Assembly (NCBI GenBank): GCA_016906335.1
Contig: JADEYG010000015.1
Coordinates: 682,001 to 746,000 of the forward strand
From: Novakomyces olei
Lineage: Eukaryota
DNA: 64,000 bases
Direction: 5' to 3'
Part shown: positions 36,758-50,260 of the stretch, piece by piece
Numbering within the stretch: the first letter of the stretch is position 1
Layout of the letters: each line of letters begins with the position of its first letter
Position numbers and translations under genes: made by a program
Notes under the pieces: generated by a model
The model's input: the letters and a program-made list of their open reading frames with translations, nothing else
Database searches by the model: none
What the model was told of the DNA's origin: nothing

Positions 36758-39700
36758 ATGGAGTACCGAATAAACTGTATTGAGACGCGTACATGTCTTG
36801 TTAACGTACCAGCGGCACTTTTAGATGTGCTCAGTGTGCCGGTTCAACGATGTGCCATCGAACTGGTTCAGGGCAGTATAACTTTTCTCGCTGGAATTAG
36901 CGGGTTCGCCAGTAGCAGCGAGGATGTTATCGACATTGATCGTAATTTTGCGCGACTCAATGGAATGGCAGATACTTCCCTCGTCATGTGCCGCGTCCTT
37001 GAAGATGTGCCGCGGGCTTCGTCTGTTCATGTGGCTCCTAAAACTGCAGACGACTGGGAAGTTATGGTAGGTTTTTGATCTGTACCTGCTGTTTATTACC
37101 ATAGATTTCTATCAATTTCGGCGATCCGTACCCTAGTCTAAGCTTTACATTTCACGTCATCTCTTACAATTTGCTTTGCCTATTAGACTTCAATTCTAAT
37201 ATCTGATTTAATTTAATTTATTATATATATATTTTTCTCACCTGCTAGGACACAAACAGCGCCGTGCTGGAAGCAACGTTACTCGGCCAAGTTCGTGCGG
37301 TAAAACACGATGCGGCTGTAGTCGTATACGTCGGCGCCACCTTTGTAAATGTTGTATTAACGCGTGTGGACACGGAAACAGCTGCTGACTATGGAGAAGT
37401 TGCTTGCCTCTACGGAGACTCGGAGGTTATAGTTTCCCCCGTCGCACGGCGAATAGCCATAGCAGACACTGCGTCCCATGCATCCCAAGGATCTGTTAGA
37501 GCCGCCTTTTTGGAGCCTGTTCGAGTAATCAATACGGTCTGCCAATCAGGATCGCCGCTGGATCAAATTAGTGATCAAGCTCTGGTTGATAAAGCAACTC
37601 AGTCTCCACTTCGGAAATTATCCGTCTACGTTCACCCTCTGCTACGGGTAAACGGACTATTTTCGAGGCACGCACTACTGACTATTCCCGATGCTGAGTC
37701 GAAAGACGACAAAGCTGAGCGCGTGGCAGGAATAGTTGTACGAGTGCACAGTAGCAAATGCGTTTTACCAGGCTATGCTTTGCTAAGTATTCCTTTGTCA
37801 CGGATACTCGGCGCACGTACTGGTACGGTAGCGATTCTATCCTCTGCACCGTCTCAGGGCAAACCACCGTCCAGCATTTCTTTTGCTCCAGCAGCGGGCT
37901 CACAAAATAGATCTGTGCCAGACGTTCAGAGACTGCTACAGCCATTTCTTGGCGGTCCAATTACAAGGGGACATTTTTACGTTGACGACAAGTGCAGAGG
38001 CGTTTTATCCTGGCGGAGTAAATTTCAATGGGCAAGTCTGTCGATAGACGTGCCTCAAGTAGAAATTGTGCCCGAAACACAGACAGCTGGTCCTGCACTA
38101 GAGTCCCGCGCAGAGGGAATCGAGTATGGCTATGAAGATTTGCTGGATAACATTGTGGATATCTGTGCAAATGGGGACAATGCTCTTGTCTGCGGCCGTC
38201 GCGGATCGGGTAAGTCTAATATACTCAAATGTGTACAAAACCGACTGGAGGATACGCTGCACTATACACTTGTCCTGCAATGCAAAAGGCTGAGCAATGA
38301 ACGTGCGTCTGCTGTGAAGGAGACTCTGCTTAGTAGTCTACAGAAATGCGTATACAACTCGCCGAGCGTGCTTCTCATGGACGATATGGATGCTATATTT
38401 CCAGCTGAATCAGAGGTATGTACACCTGTAAAAATTAAAATTACGCTTCAAAAAATTAAGATTAAAAACACAAATACATAAATAAAAAAGCAAAATTAAA
38501 CATACAGAATATAGTTTTATAAATGTTTATATTGTATCATATTAATGACCAGAATCAAGACTCGACCCGGTCGAGAGCTCTGTCGGAAACGTTCTCTGAA
38601 GCGATTACAAACATGCCAAAATCAGTCTGTTTAGTGGGGTTTTGTCAGTCAAAATCCTCCGTGCACTCTGCCTTTTCCATAAAACATACGTTTTGGAGCG
38701 CTTTGATGATAAAGCCGCCATCGCGAGATGCAAGGCGTAGAATCATGCTCAATTATCTGGAAACCCTCGGCACCAGTGTTACAATGGACAGCTTGCAAAA
38801 GACGGTTATCGATACGGATGGCTTTCTTCCTGCAGATATAATTGCACTGTGTGATAGGGCGCAGTATGAGTATTTTATTCGCTTGGCTCATGAAAATAAG
38901 GACGAGGGCGCACTGGAAGATGCCGACTTTTCAACGTGCTTGAAGACGTTTAAGCCAAGTAGCTTACAGGGCATAAATACTCTAAAGCCGTCCGTGACCT
39001 GGGACGATGTGGGCGGTATGGCTGATTTTATTTTCGTTTATTTCTTCAGTATCATGTTTCCGTTGTACTCGTGGTATATCTAATTGATTTCTTTATTGAT
39101 CGTCTTTCCAAATCTCTTTTGTTTTTTTTTGTTTTTTTATTATCTTTGATTTTGCTTTGATATTTTAATTTTATAACTAATACAAATTTTGATTTTGATT
39201 CTAATAATGCTATTTTATTGTTCACTGTGGCACAATCCGTATGCTAATGCAAGGCCTGACTGAAACAAAGCGCGTGCTTCTAGAGACTCTAGAATGGCCC
39301 ACGAAGTACGGTCCCATATTTGCAAATTGCCCCCTCCGATTGAGGTCTGGTATATTACTGTACGGCTACCCCGGCTGTGGCAAAAGCCTTATAGCCGCGG
39401 CAGTAGCTGCTCAGTCTGGCCTTAATTTCATATCGATTAAAGGACCAGAAATCTTAAATAAATATATCGGCGCCAGTGAGCAAAGGGTTCGTGAACTGTT
39501 TGAGCGGGCGACGAGCGCAAAACCTTGCATTTTGTTCCTCGATGAGTTTGAGTCGATTGCACCTAAACGAGGCCACGATTCAACGGGCGTTACTGATCGT
39601 GTAGTGAACCAATTGCTCACACAAATGGACGGCGCCGAGGGTCTTGATGGAGTCTATGTTCTTGCAGCAACGAGCCGGCCAGATCTGATTGACGCTGCTC

Positions 39701-40317
39701 TTTTGCGACCCGGTCGACTGGATAAATCAATTCTGTGTGATATGCCCAGTGCTGATGATCGTGTGAGTGTAATGCACGCTCTTGCTCGCAAATTGAAGTT
39801 TCATAGCGAGGTTGATTTCCAGGCAATTGCCTTCCAGACAGAGATGTTTTCGGGGGCCGATTTACAGGCTCTCTTTTACAACTCCCATTTAGCGGCCATT
39901 CACGATTACACAAAGGACAGTGTGCAATTGCCGATGGAAAAGAATAGAGATTCTAACCGCAAAGCTTCGTCGGCAGAGAGAAAGCCTGTCTGTTTCAGGT
40001 TGTGTGATGGTCACAGCGTTGAAGAGCTGTCAAACAGGCTGAAAAAAATGGAGAGTTTCGATGGTAACGAGTCTAGTACAGAGCCAGTGGCAGAGCTTAA
40101 TGGTGGCTTTATAGCGGAAAAGTTGGAGGAGACACCGGATATCGTTATACGCTCTCGCCATATTGAACAGGCACTAATAGAGACTAAGCCTAGCGTTTCT
40201 GAGCGCGAATACCAGAGGCTGTTTAGTATTTATACCCAGTTTATTTCAGGCCGAGACGGAGAGATGCCAAATGGTGTACCTTCGAACCAGGTCGGAGGTC
40301 GGACGACGCTCATGTGA
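36758..40317 (+). CDS. PEX1: Peroxin Pex1 AAA+ ATPase, 4 exons
   Basis: Motifs DDWE, degenerate D1 (GRRGSGKS), LEWPTKY..IFANCPLRLRSGILLYGYPGCGKS, APKRGHDSTGVTDRVVNQ, GGRTTLM*. Confidence 0.96.
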
Positions 40318-40489
40318 TGTGTAGTACAAATGGGAGAAAAATGGGAATGGAAAAAGAAAAAGAAAACGTAAGAATAGAAAATGAAGCAGCAGTAATATTC
40401 TGATAGAATGCTACACCAATAAGTGAAGAAAGTAGCAAAATTAGCACTTGAATACTATGGAAATATTATTGCAACAAATATATCTAAAT

Positions 40490-42684
40490 CTAGCTGATAT
40501 CGATGTTTATAATTTTGGGTGGATCTTCCGGACGGTCGCGTCTGTCTACGGGAAGGTCTTCAATTCGTTTAACAATGTCCTGTCCGGAATAGACACGCCC
40601 GAAAATGGTGTGCTTATTATCAAGCCACGGTGTGGCTATTTGTTAGTATAAATAATGAATAATAAATAATGAATAATGAATAATGAATAATGAATAATGA
40701 ATAATGAATAATGAATAATGAATAATGAATAATGAATAATGAATAATAAATAATAAATAATAAATAATAAATAATAGACTGGGCGTGCTTCGAATGAAAT
40801 CGTATGAATATTCTATTGTATACAAGCATCTCTCAGCTCACCTTCAGTTGTAATGAAAAATTGGCTTCCATTCGTATTGGGCCCTGCGTTGGCCATGGAT
40901 ACAATGAAAGGCCGATCGTGTCGCATGTCCGAAATTTCATCCTCAAAAGGATGGCCCCATATGCTTTCACCACCGGTGCCATCTCCCAGCGGGTCGCCTG
41001 TCTGTATCATAAATTTACGAATAATCCTATGAAAGATGACATCGTTATAATAATTCGATTTTGCGAGACTAGCAAAGTTCTCGACCGCTTTTGGCGCCTT
41101 TCCAGGAAACAGCCGAATGCTAATATCGCCCAGTGTAGTGTGTATAGTGGCGCTATTGGCTGTCAGAGTTTTCTTTTGAAGATTTTGAGCCGCACGCAGC
41201 TCATCAGCCTGCGGTGCTTCGTTGAAGACGTCTCGATCCGCTATTTGCAGTTCGTCATCAATGCCTGTAAACAGATAGAATCTGCTGCGTTTAAAAGCTG
41301 TGCAAAAGATAGTTGGGTCACGCGTTTGTGACTGCTGTAGCAGAGGATTACTGCTGGTAAGCATCGCTGTCGAAACATGCCGTGACTGCTTCATTGCTGA
41401 ATGGTAAAGCCCGACTTGGCAGAACCGAAGTTGCTCGGATTTGCCTAATAATCGAGCGCACCTGTTTGTCACAATATTTACAATTTTAACTCCATAGAGT
41501 GACCCATAAATTATAAAGTTATCAGACTCATCAAACACGACATTAAGCGAGGCCGCAACCGCTGGTGATTCCGCAATTTCGCGCTCATACGTTAACCTCC
41601 GGCCAAATTCTAAGCTTTCAAAATGAAACGCCAAGTCTTCTGGAATGTCTTGTAACTTCTCTGCCATTTCTAGCGACTCATCGTACTTTTTGACTAGCTT
41701 TCCCGTCTTGAAATTGAATACCCTGACTTGCCTGTCTGGTAAGGAGAACGTGGCAAACCGTGAACCGGAATGCGACAGCGTCAGTGAGACGGGAATCGAT
41801 TTGGCCTTTTTAAAATCGTACAGGTCTGTTGATGACTTGAACTCAAAAACGTCTTTGGGTTTTGCAAAGGGGGACCGTGGCTGCCAATACTCGACCATTC
41901 CAGAATCGTCGACACTCACTACACAGTCGTGTTGCGCATTGTACCGCATAATCCTTACGGGTGCACGGTGGATTTTGTCTACGACTAAGGGCTCGTCTTT
42001 GATGAAATCGTAAATGTTTATACGTGGCGAATTAGCATCGGACCTTGGCTTGTCAGGAGCTATAATATTGATTATAATTAAACAAACTTACACTGCGAGT
42101 AATTGCCGTGCGTGGCCAAACGAATGTAGCCAGCAGACACTCCGAGGTGTGTATTCAAGCGTGAGCATAAGAGTCATGTCAAATGTAGCAACATTAAATA
42201 TTTTGACTGCACTAGGACTTTCTCCACTGGCGGCGGCGGCAACAGCGTACGCTGATCCATCAGCGGACAAACTCGTTGACGAAATAGGCCCGAGTGAAAC
42301 GCGAAAGTCTTTAACAAATTCAATGCTCTTGACCTGTTTCTTCCAAAATTTTAGATGGCCGTCTTCAGACGCAGTCATTATAAAATCCAATTGCTCACAA
42401 ACATCAATATGCGTCACATTAGCGCGATGCATAAATGACCTCGTGTACCGTTCAGAAGCAGGTAAATTGGCGAGAAAAACACGCTCTTCAGGTAGAATTT
42501 TTCTCTTCTTGGCTCCCACGCCATTGCCTATCGGCATTGGTCCAATGTCTAGAGTTAGATTTATTCAAAAGCCATCAAAGTCGGAAATTATACCATTCAA
42601 GTCTGAGGCTTCCGATAATTTGATAGCAGGACTGCTGCCATTATCCTCTGTGGAGGCATTGCGCTTGTGTCCACGGTCGCTCAT
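40490..42684 (-). CDS. WD40-repeat cyclophilin (PPWD1/Cyp15-type, spliceosomal), 4 exons
   Basis: Motifs [81 protein letters not shown]. Confidence 0.95.
40649..40776. repeat. (AATAATG)n/(AATAATA)n heptamer array in the last cyclophilin intron
   Basis: Directly visible. Confidence 0.9.
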
Positions 42685-42966
42685 CGAGAGCCACGAATTA
42701 GACACAGTTTAAATGATACAACTTTTTTGGCAATGGCGCCCTATCTGCCTTTGCCCTGTCATACTAATTCTTTCGCCTATCATATTATTTACATATACAG
42801 AAAGGAACAACGACTACGAATAATAAAGTTAGGGTTAGGGTTAATAATGCTCTGTTATCTAAATTACCCGGGCACAAGAGTACGACGCGAGCGTGCCTAC
42901 AAATGCCATCAATGTAATATGCTAGTTTTAATCTCGTTATAAAGCGCCAAAATACCAAAATCTTGA

Positions 42967-44537
42967 CTAGTAAATAGGAAATTTGGAATCAACAGATTTG
43001 CTCCACTGGTAAAGGCCTCCCGTAACATTGAATATATCCCTACGTCCCCATTTTGCCGTCAAAAGATCAACTGCAGAGATCGAGTCGTTGCCATGACGGC
43101 AAACAACAAAAACGTCTCCCGCTTCCGGCTCATCAAGCGTATTTAATATATCCAAAGGCACATTAATAGATCCCGGGAGGCTGCATATATCAAACTGGCC
43201 ACGGTCTCGAACATCGAGCAGCGTGTAGGAACCTTTTTCCATTTTTTTGTGTAATTGGGCAACGGATACAGAGGGAACTTGGCAGTCTGGTTGCATGCAA
43301 CTTGAAGCTCCGTAAAATTTGAGAGAAGTAATCTGCGGCGCATCGCCACAGACCAGGCAGGTAGATTGCCGCCCGCGTAAGCGTACAGTGCGAAACGTGG
43401 GCGCTGGGCCCTTGCTACTAAACAAGAGCATGAAAGGCCGCCAGTCTGTAATCCCTTCTGACCCTGCCACAATAATCTTTATCGCCTCTAACGCCTGGAG
43501 TATGCCTATAGTGCCTACAACAGGTCCCAATATACCGGCATCCCCACAAGCTTGCAGAGTACTAGCCGGCGAGGGTTGTGGGTGAATACACCGGTAGCAG
43601 GGGCCATTCTGATAATGGTAGATGGCCAGCTGACCTTCACTGCGAAGAGCAGATCCGGATACTAGTGAGCGGCCTGAGAGCACACAAGCATCGGAAATAA
43701 GGTACCGGGCCGACTGGTTGTCCGTGCAGTCAAGGACAAGGTCATATTTGGCGACGGTCTCGAGTAGCGTTTCCGGTATAGCGTGATTTGGATAAAGTAC
43801 AATCCTGATATCAGGGTTTATTCTGTCGTAGTCAGACATGATCAATAGGAACATTAACTTGGACCAAAAAAGCGACAAAAATAAAAATGAGCTTTGAATG
43901 CTTACTCTAGACATCTCCGCCGTGCTGATTCACATTTTAGAATGCCAATAGAATTAGGCGTATGCAATATTTGCCGATGCGTATTAGACAACTCTACCGT
44001 ATCACCGTCCATTATCCCCAAAGTGCCTTCCCGTTAGTTAATAAGGCCGGTAAACCCAACACTATCAGAATATTACCGGTACCAGCAGCCGCTAGGTAGG
44101 CAAGTGCAGGGCAGCCTAAGCCGCCAGCACCAATTATCAAAACAGAGGCCGATTTCAGTCGCTTTTGTCCTTCAAGTTGAGCATGTCTTTTATATTAAAC
44201 TTGATCATTTAAGACTATTTTCAAACTCATTTTGTATTTTATTTGTATTTTATTCTTTCAGACTCTTCATCAAATATCGTATGCCTGTACCTTTAAGCCC
44301 GATTCCTGGCACAATCATCTGTCGGCCATATCGCAGGTACTCATGTAGCGCGAGACCATTGACATCGTCTGTGCGTTCATGCTGCAATCGCTTCAACTCT
44401 GCTCGAAGAGCTCGGTTCTCCTCTAATAAATCTGCCATAATAACATCTCTTGATGAGTCCTTTTTTGGCGTTTCGTCCAAGTATTCAGCTACATCTTGCC
44501 CATTGAGATCGCTTCTTTCCCGCGTTACGGACGACAT
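42967..44537 (-). CDS. UBA4: Adenylyl-/sulfurtransferase Uba4/MOCS3, 4 exons (start at 44537 or 44438)
   Basis: Motifs [39 protein letters not shown], rhodanese CRHGND, FPIY*. Confidence 0.95.
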
Positions 44538-44985
44538 TACAAGGCAAGAACAAGAGTATTATCGAGCACCCTTAAAACTAGATACGAGACCGGCATACAG
44601 AGAAATTGGACTTGTCGTCTGTCACTGTTTGCGGATAACAACGCGCAAAATAAGCAGCGCGCTGCTCAAACAGTATCAAACACGGATTGCTATCGATGCC
44701 AATTTAAATTTAATTAATGATATAATTTTTAGATTAGTGCTATTCGTTGCCTGCAGATGTATAAAAAATAAAAAATAAAAAATAAAAATAAAATAAATAG
44801 ACGCTGCACAAAAGAATACTTTACCAATAAAAAGGAGTAAAAATACAAAACAAAAACACATAATAAACACTCATTCTTGTAGTATTATATCGCCTATCCA
44901 TATCGGTTAGATACAAACAAAAGCCATCTATACATGCTGGCGGCCTCGATACGGCTCGCAAAGCACATTCAAGCCATACAATTCA

Positions 44986-46768
44986 ATGGCGCCAGCAACA
45001 AATTATCCCTTTCTCGATGACGTCTATGTCTTTCTAAATTCCACGTTAAATACGATCTCGGATGGGATCAATAGTCTTCCCGGATCAGAGATCCTTATAT
45101 GGTATATCAAGTCATCCTACCAAAATGATCCGGTTCGTACATTCGTGGAGTTTTTACTGCTATTGTTTGCTATTCGCTATGTCCTTTCCCCTCGACGGTC
45201 GTCGGAGAAGAATGTTGTCGTTTTCACGGAAAGGGAAGTCGACGAATTGGTGGCAGAATGGCAGCCGGAGCCTTTGAGCGAGCCCCTGAGTGCGAGGGAA
45301 GAACGGCTATTAAAATCGGAGCCTGTCATCATCGGACCCAGTTTGCCTAAATGCCGACTAGAAACGGGACAGCAGGTCCTTAATATGACGAGCATGAACT
45401 ATCTCAATCTTATGAACAACGAATTTCTCGTGGACAAGGCTCTGAGCACTATTAAAAACTACGGCGTGGGTGCTTGTGGTCCACCAGGGTTTTATGGTAC
45501 ACAGGATGTTCACATGAAATTGGAGAATGATATCGCCGCGTTCCTCGGCACGGAGTCGGCTATTCTGTACGCACAGGCTTTCCAAGTGGCTAGCTCTGTA
45601 ATTCCATCCTTTGCCAAACGCGGTGATTTCCTCGTTGTGTAAGACTGACATAAACGTTTTTTTTTGTTTATTTTTTTGTTTTTTTTTATATTGATTCTTT
45701 CTTTATTGTTGATATATTTGTTGGGACATTTAATTTTTTCATTTCCAAGTGCGCATCTATCGCTTTACCAATGGTTTCATTTGATTTTTTTTTATCTGTT
45801 GCTAATATTTTAGCGACGAAGGAGTTAATTTCGCTATACAAAAAGGTATTTTCCTGTCCCGCTCAAACGTCCGTTATTTCAAGCACAACGATATGGAGGA
45901 CTTAGAACGCGTTTGTGCCGAGATATACGAGGATCAGAAACAATCAAGTCGGCCTCTGACGCGTCGCTTTATAATAACAGAGGGCATGTTTGCCGCTTAC
46001 GGCGACCTTGCCTCCCTGCCAGAGTTGGTAAGCAATGCTTTATGCAACTAGTAGTCTTACATTTAACAGCTTGACATTAAAATCAAATACAAATTCAGGC
46101 TCATTCTTGACGAAACATCGTCATTTAGTGTTATCGGGGACACTGGCCGGGGCCTGACAGAGTATTATGATATCGATGCTAAGTCAGTCGATATTATTAT
46201 TGGCTCTCTGGCCACTACCTTTTGTGCAGGCGGAGGCTTTTGTGCAGGATCACTGCAGCTCGTAGTGCATCAGCGCACTACAGCTCTGGGCTATGTTTTT
46301 AGTGCGTCCATGCCGGCATCTCAGGCTGTAATTGCCTTTGAGGCAATTGCTATGATGAAGGATATAGTGTCTAAAGGAGACGGTCCTTTTGTTGCCCTGC
46401 GAGACAACTGCCATGCCTTCCGTGGAGTATTGGCAAAAGTTGACTCTATCGAAATTTCTGCGCACGAGGACTCTCCTTTGATCCATCTTCGTCTTTCAGA
46501 AAAGGCTTTAGCTCGGCTGCAGAATCCCGACTTTGAAGTTCAGGAAGATATCTTGCAGGACGTGGTTGATGAAGCACAGGCACACGGAATTTTGCTCACG
46601 CGTGGCAAGCGGATTCCTTCGCAGGATGTATTCCCTATTCAGCCCAGTATCCGCATTGCCATTACAACAGGTCTAACCAAGCGAGAGATTGAAAAGGCGG
46701 CAACGACTATAAAGTCTTTATTTACCCGAGTGTTGAAGGCACGATCCCGCAATCTTGGATCATCATAG
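44986..46768 (+). CDS. LCB1: Serine palmitoyltransferase subunit Lcb1, 3 exons
   Basis: Motifs SYQNDP.RT, WQPEPL, YGVGACGPPGFYGTQDVH, IPSFAKRGD, GYVFSASMP. Introns 45639-45813 and about 46028-46069. Confidence 0.95.
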
Positions 46769-46989
46769 AGAAGAAGTGTTTTGGCAGCGATGGAGACTAC
46801 CTCGCATTATATAGTGTACGATACGTGGTACGATTAATTAATATCTAGGCATATGAGCCAGGTGCAGATTGTACGAGCCAGTTGCTCGATAGCGATCATT
46901 ATTGGACTGATCCATCTGCGCGACTAGTATCCATAGGTTACAATAATTTACGACAGAATTTAATCCAGAATTTTTATAGAGCTTATTGT

Positions 46990-47152
46990 GTCGTCTATTA
47001 TTTGTAGATTGTCTATTATTTGTAGATTTTCTATTATTTCTAGATTGTCTATTATTTTTAGATTGTCTATTATTTGTAGATTGTCTATTATTTGTAGACT
47101 GTCTATTATTTTTAGATTGCCTATTATTTTTAGATTGTCTATTATTTCTAGT
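46990..47152. repeat. 18-bp minisatellite (TGTCTATTATTTGTAGAT)x~9
   Basis: Directly visible between convergent Lcb1 and Mcm7. Confidence 0.9.
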
Positions 47153-47221
47153 TTATATATTATTTCTAATTTATGTATTATTTCCAGTTTATGTATTGAC
47201 TACAATCGTATATACACGCGC

Positions 47222-49786
47222 CTACTCCATATCCTCATCCATATCGGCATCGATAAACACGAGCTGCGAGTCATTCTGTGCCAGCTGCCAGATCCCCAGC
47301 TGCTCGTACTCCTCCACACAATGACGTAGATGATCTTCTGTAAATCCCTTGGCGAGTATCCGAGCACGAACATCGCTCATTCGCAAACTGCTCTGGAAAT
47401 GGGACCCGTCCCCACTCGCCATATCCCGAACAATCTTGTAGATTTTGGAGTCAGCGGTATGATCGGCTCCGTGCTCGACTTCGCCCTCGTACAATGAAGT
47501 CTTGGAGGCCTCCATAAGCCTCAACGCCTCATCAACGTCCTCCACAATAACCTCGTCGGCAAACCGCAGCCGGGCCAGTGCCTGAGCCATACGCACTATG
47601 CCGAGCAGAGTACGAGGAGTCGTTTGTGCAAATTGACGATCAGCTGCCTCATCTGCCTTCTGATTCCTCCTCAGCCGGACATAGGCGCCCACACAGTACT
47701 CGCTCACTTGCTTGGGAAGCACGGGCCTGTACGTTCTTGCACGGGCAATGTACTGGCGAAAGACTTTGGGCTCGAGCACGGGCGATGCTGTTTCCGGGTG
47801 GCAGTTGTTCATGTGCACAAAGGCAATATGCTGAGCCAAGCGCTCATCATCCTGCCTCGAGGGCGTATCAAGCAGGAGAAAGAGCACATCGAACCGGGAG
47901 AGCAAGGCAGCAGGCAGATTGATATTCGCTACGGGCGATAAGCGTGGATTGTACCGGCCATAGAGCGGATTAGCTGCTGCCAGAATGGAAGTTCTGGCAT
48001 TAAGAGTAGTAGTAATCCCTGCCTTGGAGATGGAAATCGTTTGCTGTTCCATTACTTCGTGGATGGCAGTCCGATCCTGATCGTCCATCTTGTCAAACTC
48101 GTCAATACAGCAAATGCCATTGTCTGCCAAAACAAGCGATCCGCCCTCCAGGACCATTTCGTCCGTCACTGGATCCCTCATTACTGCCGCAGTAAGGCCG
48201 ACGCCGGACGAGCCTTTCCCCGTAGTGTAAACGGCACGTGGAGCAATCTTGGAGATGTACTTTAGCAACTGTGATTTGGCTACTCCAGGGTCGCCCATGA
48301 GACAGACGTTAATGTCGCCTCTAATCTTCATTCCGTCGCCCATTGTCTTTGTTACTCCTCCCACTAGCAGCAGGAGCAATGCCTTTTTCACATCTTCATG
48401 CCCATAAATCTCGGGGGCAATCGACCTTGCCAGCCGGTCGTACTGGTCTCCTCGAGCCTGCAAGTCGGCAATCTGCAGCACCGTCTCCTCCGACACTCCC
48501 ATCAAGTCGTACTGTTTCTTGATTTGACGAATGTGGTGGGCCTCGAGGTACGTGTCCGTCAACAGGCCCGCCCGGACTGCCTTGAAGCCAGTGTAAGGTG
48601 TCGGCAGGAAAATGCCTCCACAGTCAATCAAGTCTCCCGGTGAGACTGATCTGCAAACGGGGCCATAAAAGTGGACTACCAGGCTGCGCGGGATATGGCC
48701 CACGGGCACCTGGCTCGTGAGTTCCTGGACCCGTGCCTCTTGAAAGGCTACAAACTTGCTGGCTCGAGTTGAAGGGAACAGAGCGCCTTTAGCGTCGTTG
48801 CGCCGGCAACGACGCGAAGGGCACTGGGCCAAAGGCGTAAACTGTTTAGTGCCATGTAGTTCTTGAAAGACTTCAAAGCCACAGCGATCACATGTAAATG
48901 TAGCGACTTCAATGCTCGGTTTTACATCGCTCACTCGTGTAACAATGCCGCGAACCCTAATCAAATGGCCTAAATGTGCTCCTTTGACCTGTCGCACTGC
49001 AAGGGCCTTGCCGTATCCGCGAGCGGGTATATTGGCGGGTACAAAGTATACGGTGTAGCGACGCAGCAGTACTGGCGGGAACACTGTCTCCCCGTCCGCT
49101 GTTTCCACGTCCTCTTCCGGTCCTTCATTCACGGCACGCTGAGCGGCTGCCTGCTGCAGCTGCAGCCTCTGCTGCCGAATCACATCGAGCGGTTCCGTGT
49201 CAAAGACAGTATCGTCCGAGGGAGGAGGGATTATAGCGTCGATACAGCGGCAAAAGTGTTCTTGGTACCGCTTTGTGTTTTGCATTATTGCGTCCAGAAG
49301 GTCGTGTCGCGGAGACTCATACTGCAGGTTAGTCGCTGATAGTGTAGGCTAAAGACGAATTGTAGAATAATCTGTAAACTATGCCTCGATCACGTTACCT
49401 CGTTGAGATCGTTGAGATCAATGTACACTGTGTCTTCTGTACGATTCGCTACATTTTGCTGATGGTTAGCAAAGGTAAGAGAGCCACAGACTTGAGCTCG
49501 CAGGCAAGCTTGATCTTACCAGGATCGACATGTATTTCGGATGGCTGTCGTCCACTTGCATATGTGCCTCGAGCTCGAAATCATCGTCAGCGAACGGGTC
49601 TGTGTCCGCTCGAGCAGCGCCTGTCTTTTTGTAGTTTTTAAGAAAGTCGGTGATGCGGGCTACACGTGCAAAGTCAGCCCATTGCAATCCTTTTTCCACT
49701 GTTGAAAGGAGAGGCAGCTTACCATCCATCTGCTCATAGTCAAGGCCCGGAATACGAGTAACGGGCAGTCTTGCCGTTGTCGCCAT
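47222..49786 (-). CDS. MCM7: Replicative helicase subunit Mcm7, 4 exons
   Basis: Motifs [54 protein letters not shown]. Confidence 0.97.
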
Positions 49787-49875
49787 TGCGGTTTACAACG
49801 CGGCACAAGTCTGCGACAGAGTGTTGCACGTAAACCAGACACGGTTTAGGGAGCGTATTTGCACTGCTCTGCCTT

Positions 49876-49913
49876 TCGCGTAACGTCGCGTCGCGTAACG
49901 TCTTAATTCGCGT
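49876..49913. promoter_or_regulatory. Cluster of four TCGCGT (MCB-like) sites upstream of Mcm7
   Basis: At 49876, 49886, 49891 and 49908. Confidence 0.55.
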
Positions 49914-50029
49914 TGATAGGGTTTTCCCGTATGCAAAGGGTAGACGAACCAGTAATATCTCCTACGGCGATTACTTTATATCTGTACAAAGTGTCGCAAC
50001 TGTATCAGTAATTTTCATACGGGTTCACG

Positions 50030-50118
50030 TGGTTTCACTCTATATGGTTTCCACTATATATGATTTCCACTATATATGATTTCCACTATATACGGTTTCC
50101 ACTATATACGGTTTCCAC
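50030..50118. repeat. 16-bp tandem repeat (GGTTTCCACTATATAT)x~5.5 in the Mcm7/transporter divergent promoter
   Basis: Directly visible. Confidence 0.88.
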
Positions 50119-50260
50119 GTACTCCTGTAATGTAATTTTTATGCCTTTCTGCCGCTTAATTTTGCTATATCCACGCCGTCCTAATTTCCACTCATTTTCT
50201 TATCATGTGAATATGCTCTCGACCCGAAATCTTTGTGTTTATTAAAATGGCGATTTGATT

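Noticed and set aside
46986..47329. Repetitive ORFs (FVDCLL / CRLSII) and other YYLLFII-type ORFs
   Set aside because: Translation artefacts of noncoding tandem repeats.
46990..50118. Tandem arrays as CRISPR-like
   Set aside because: No unique spacers, no cas genes, eukaryotic context.
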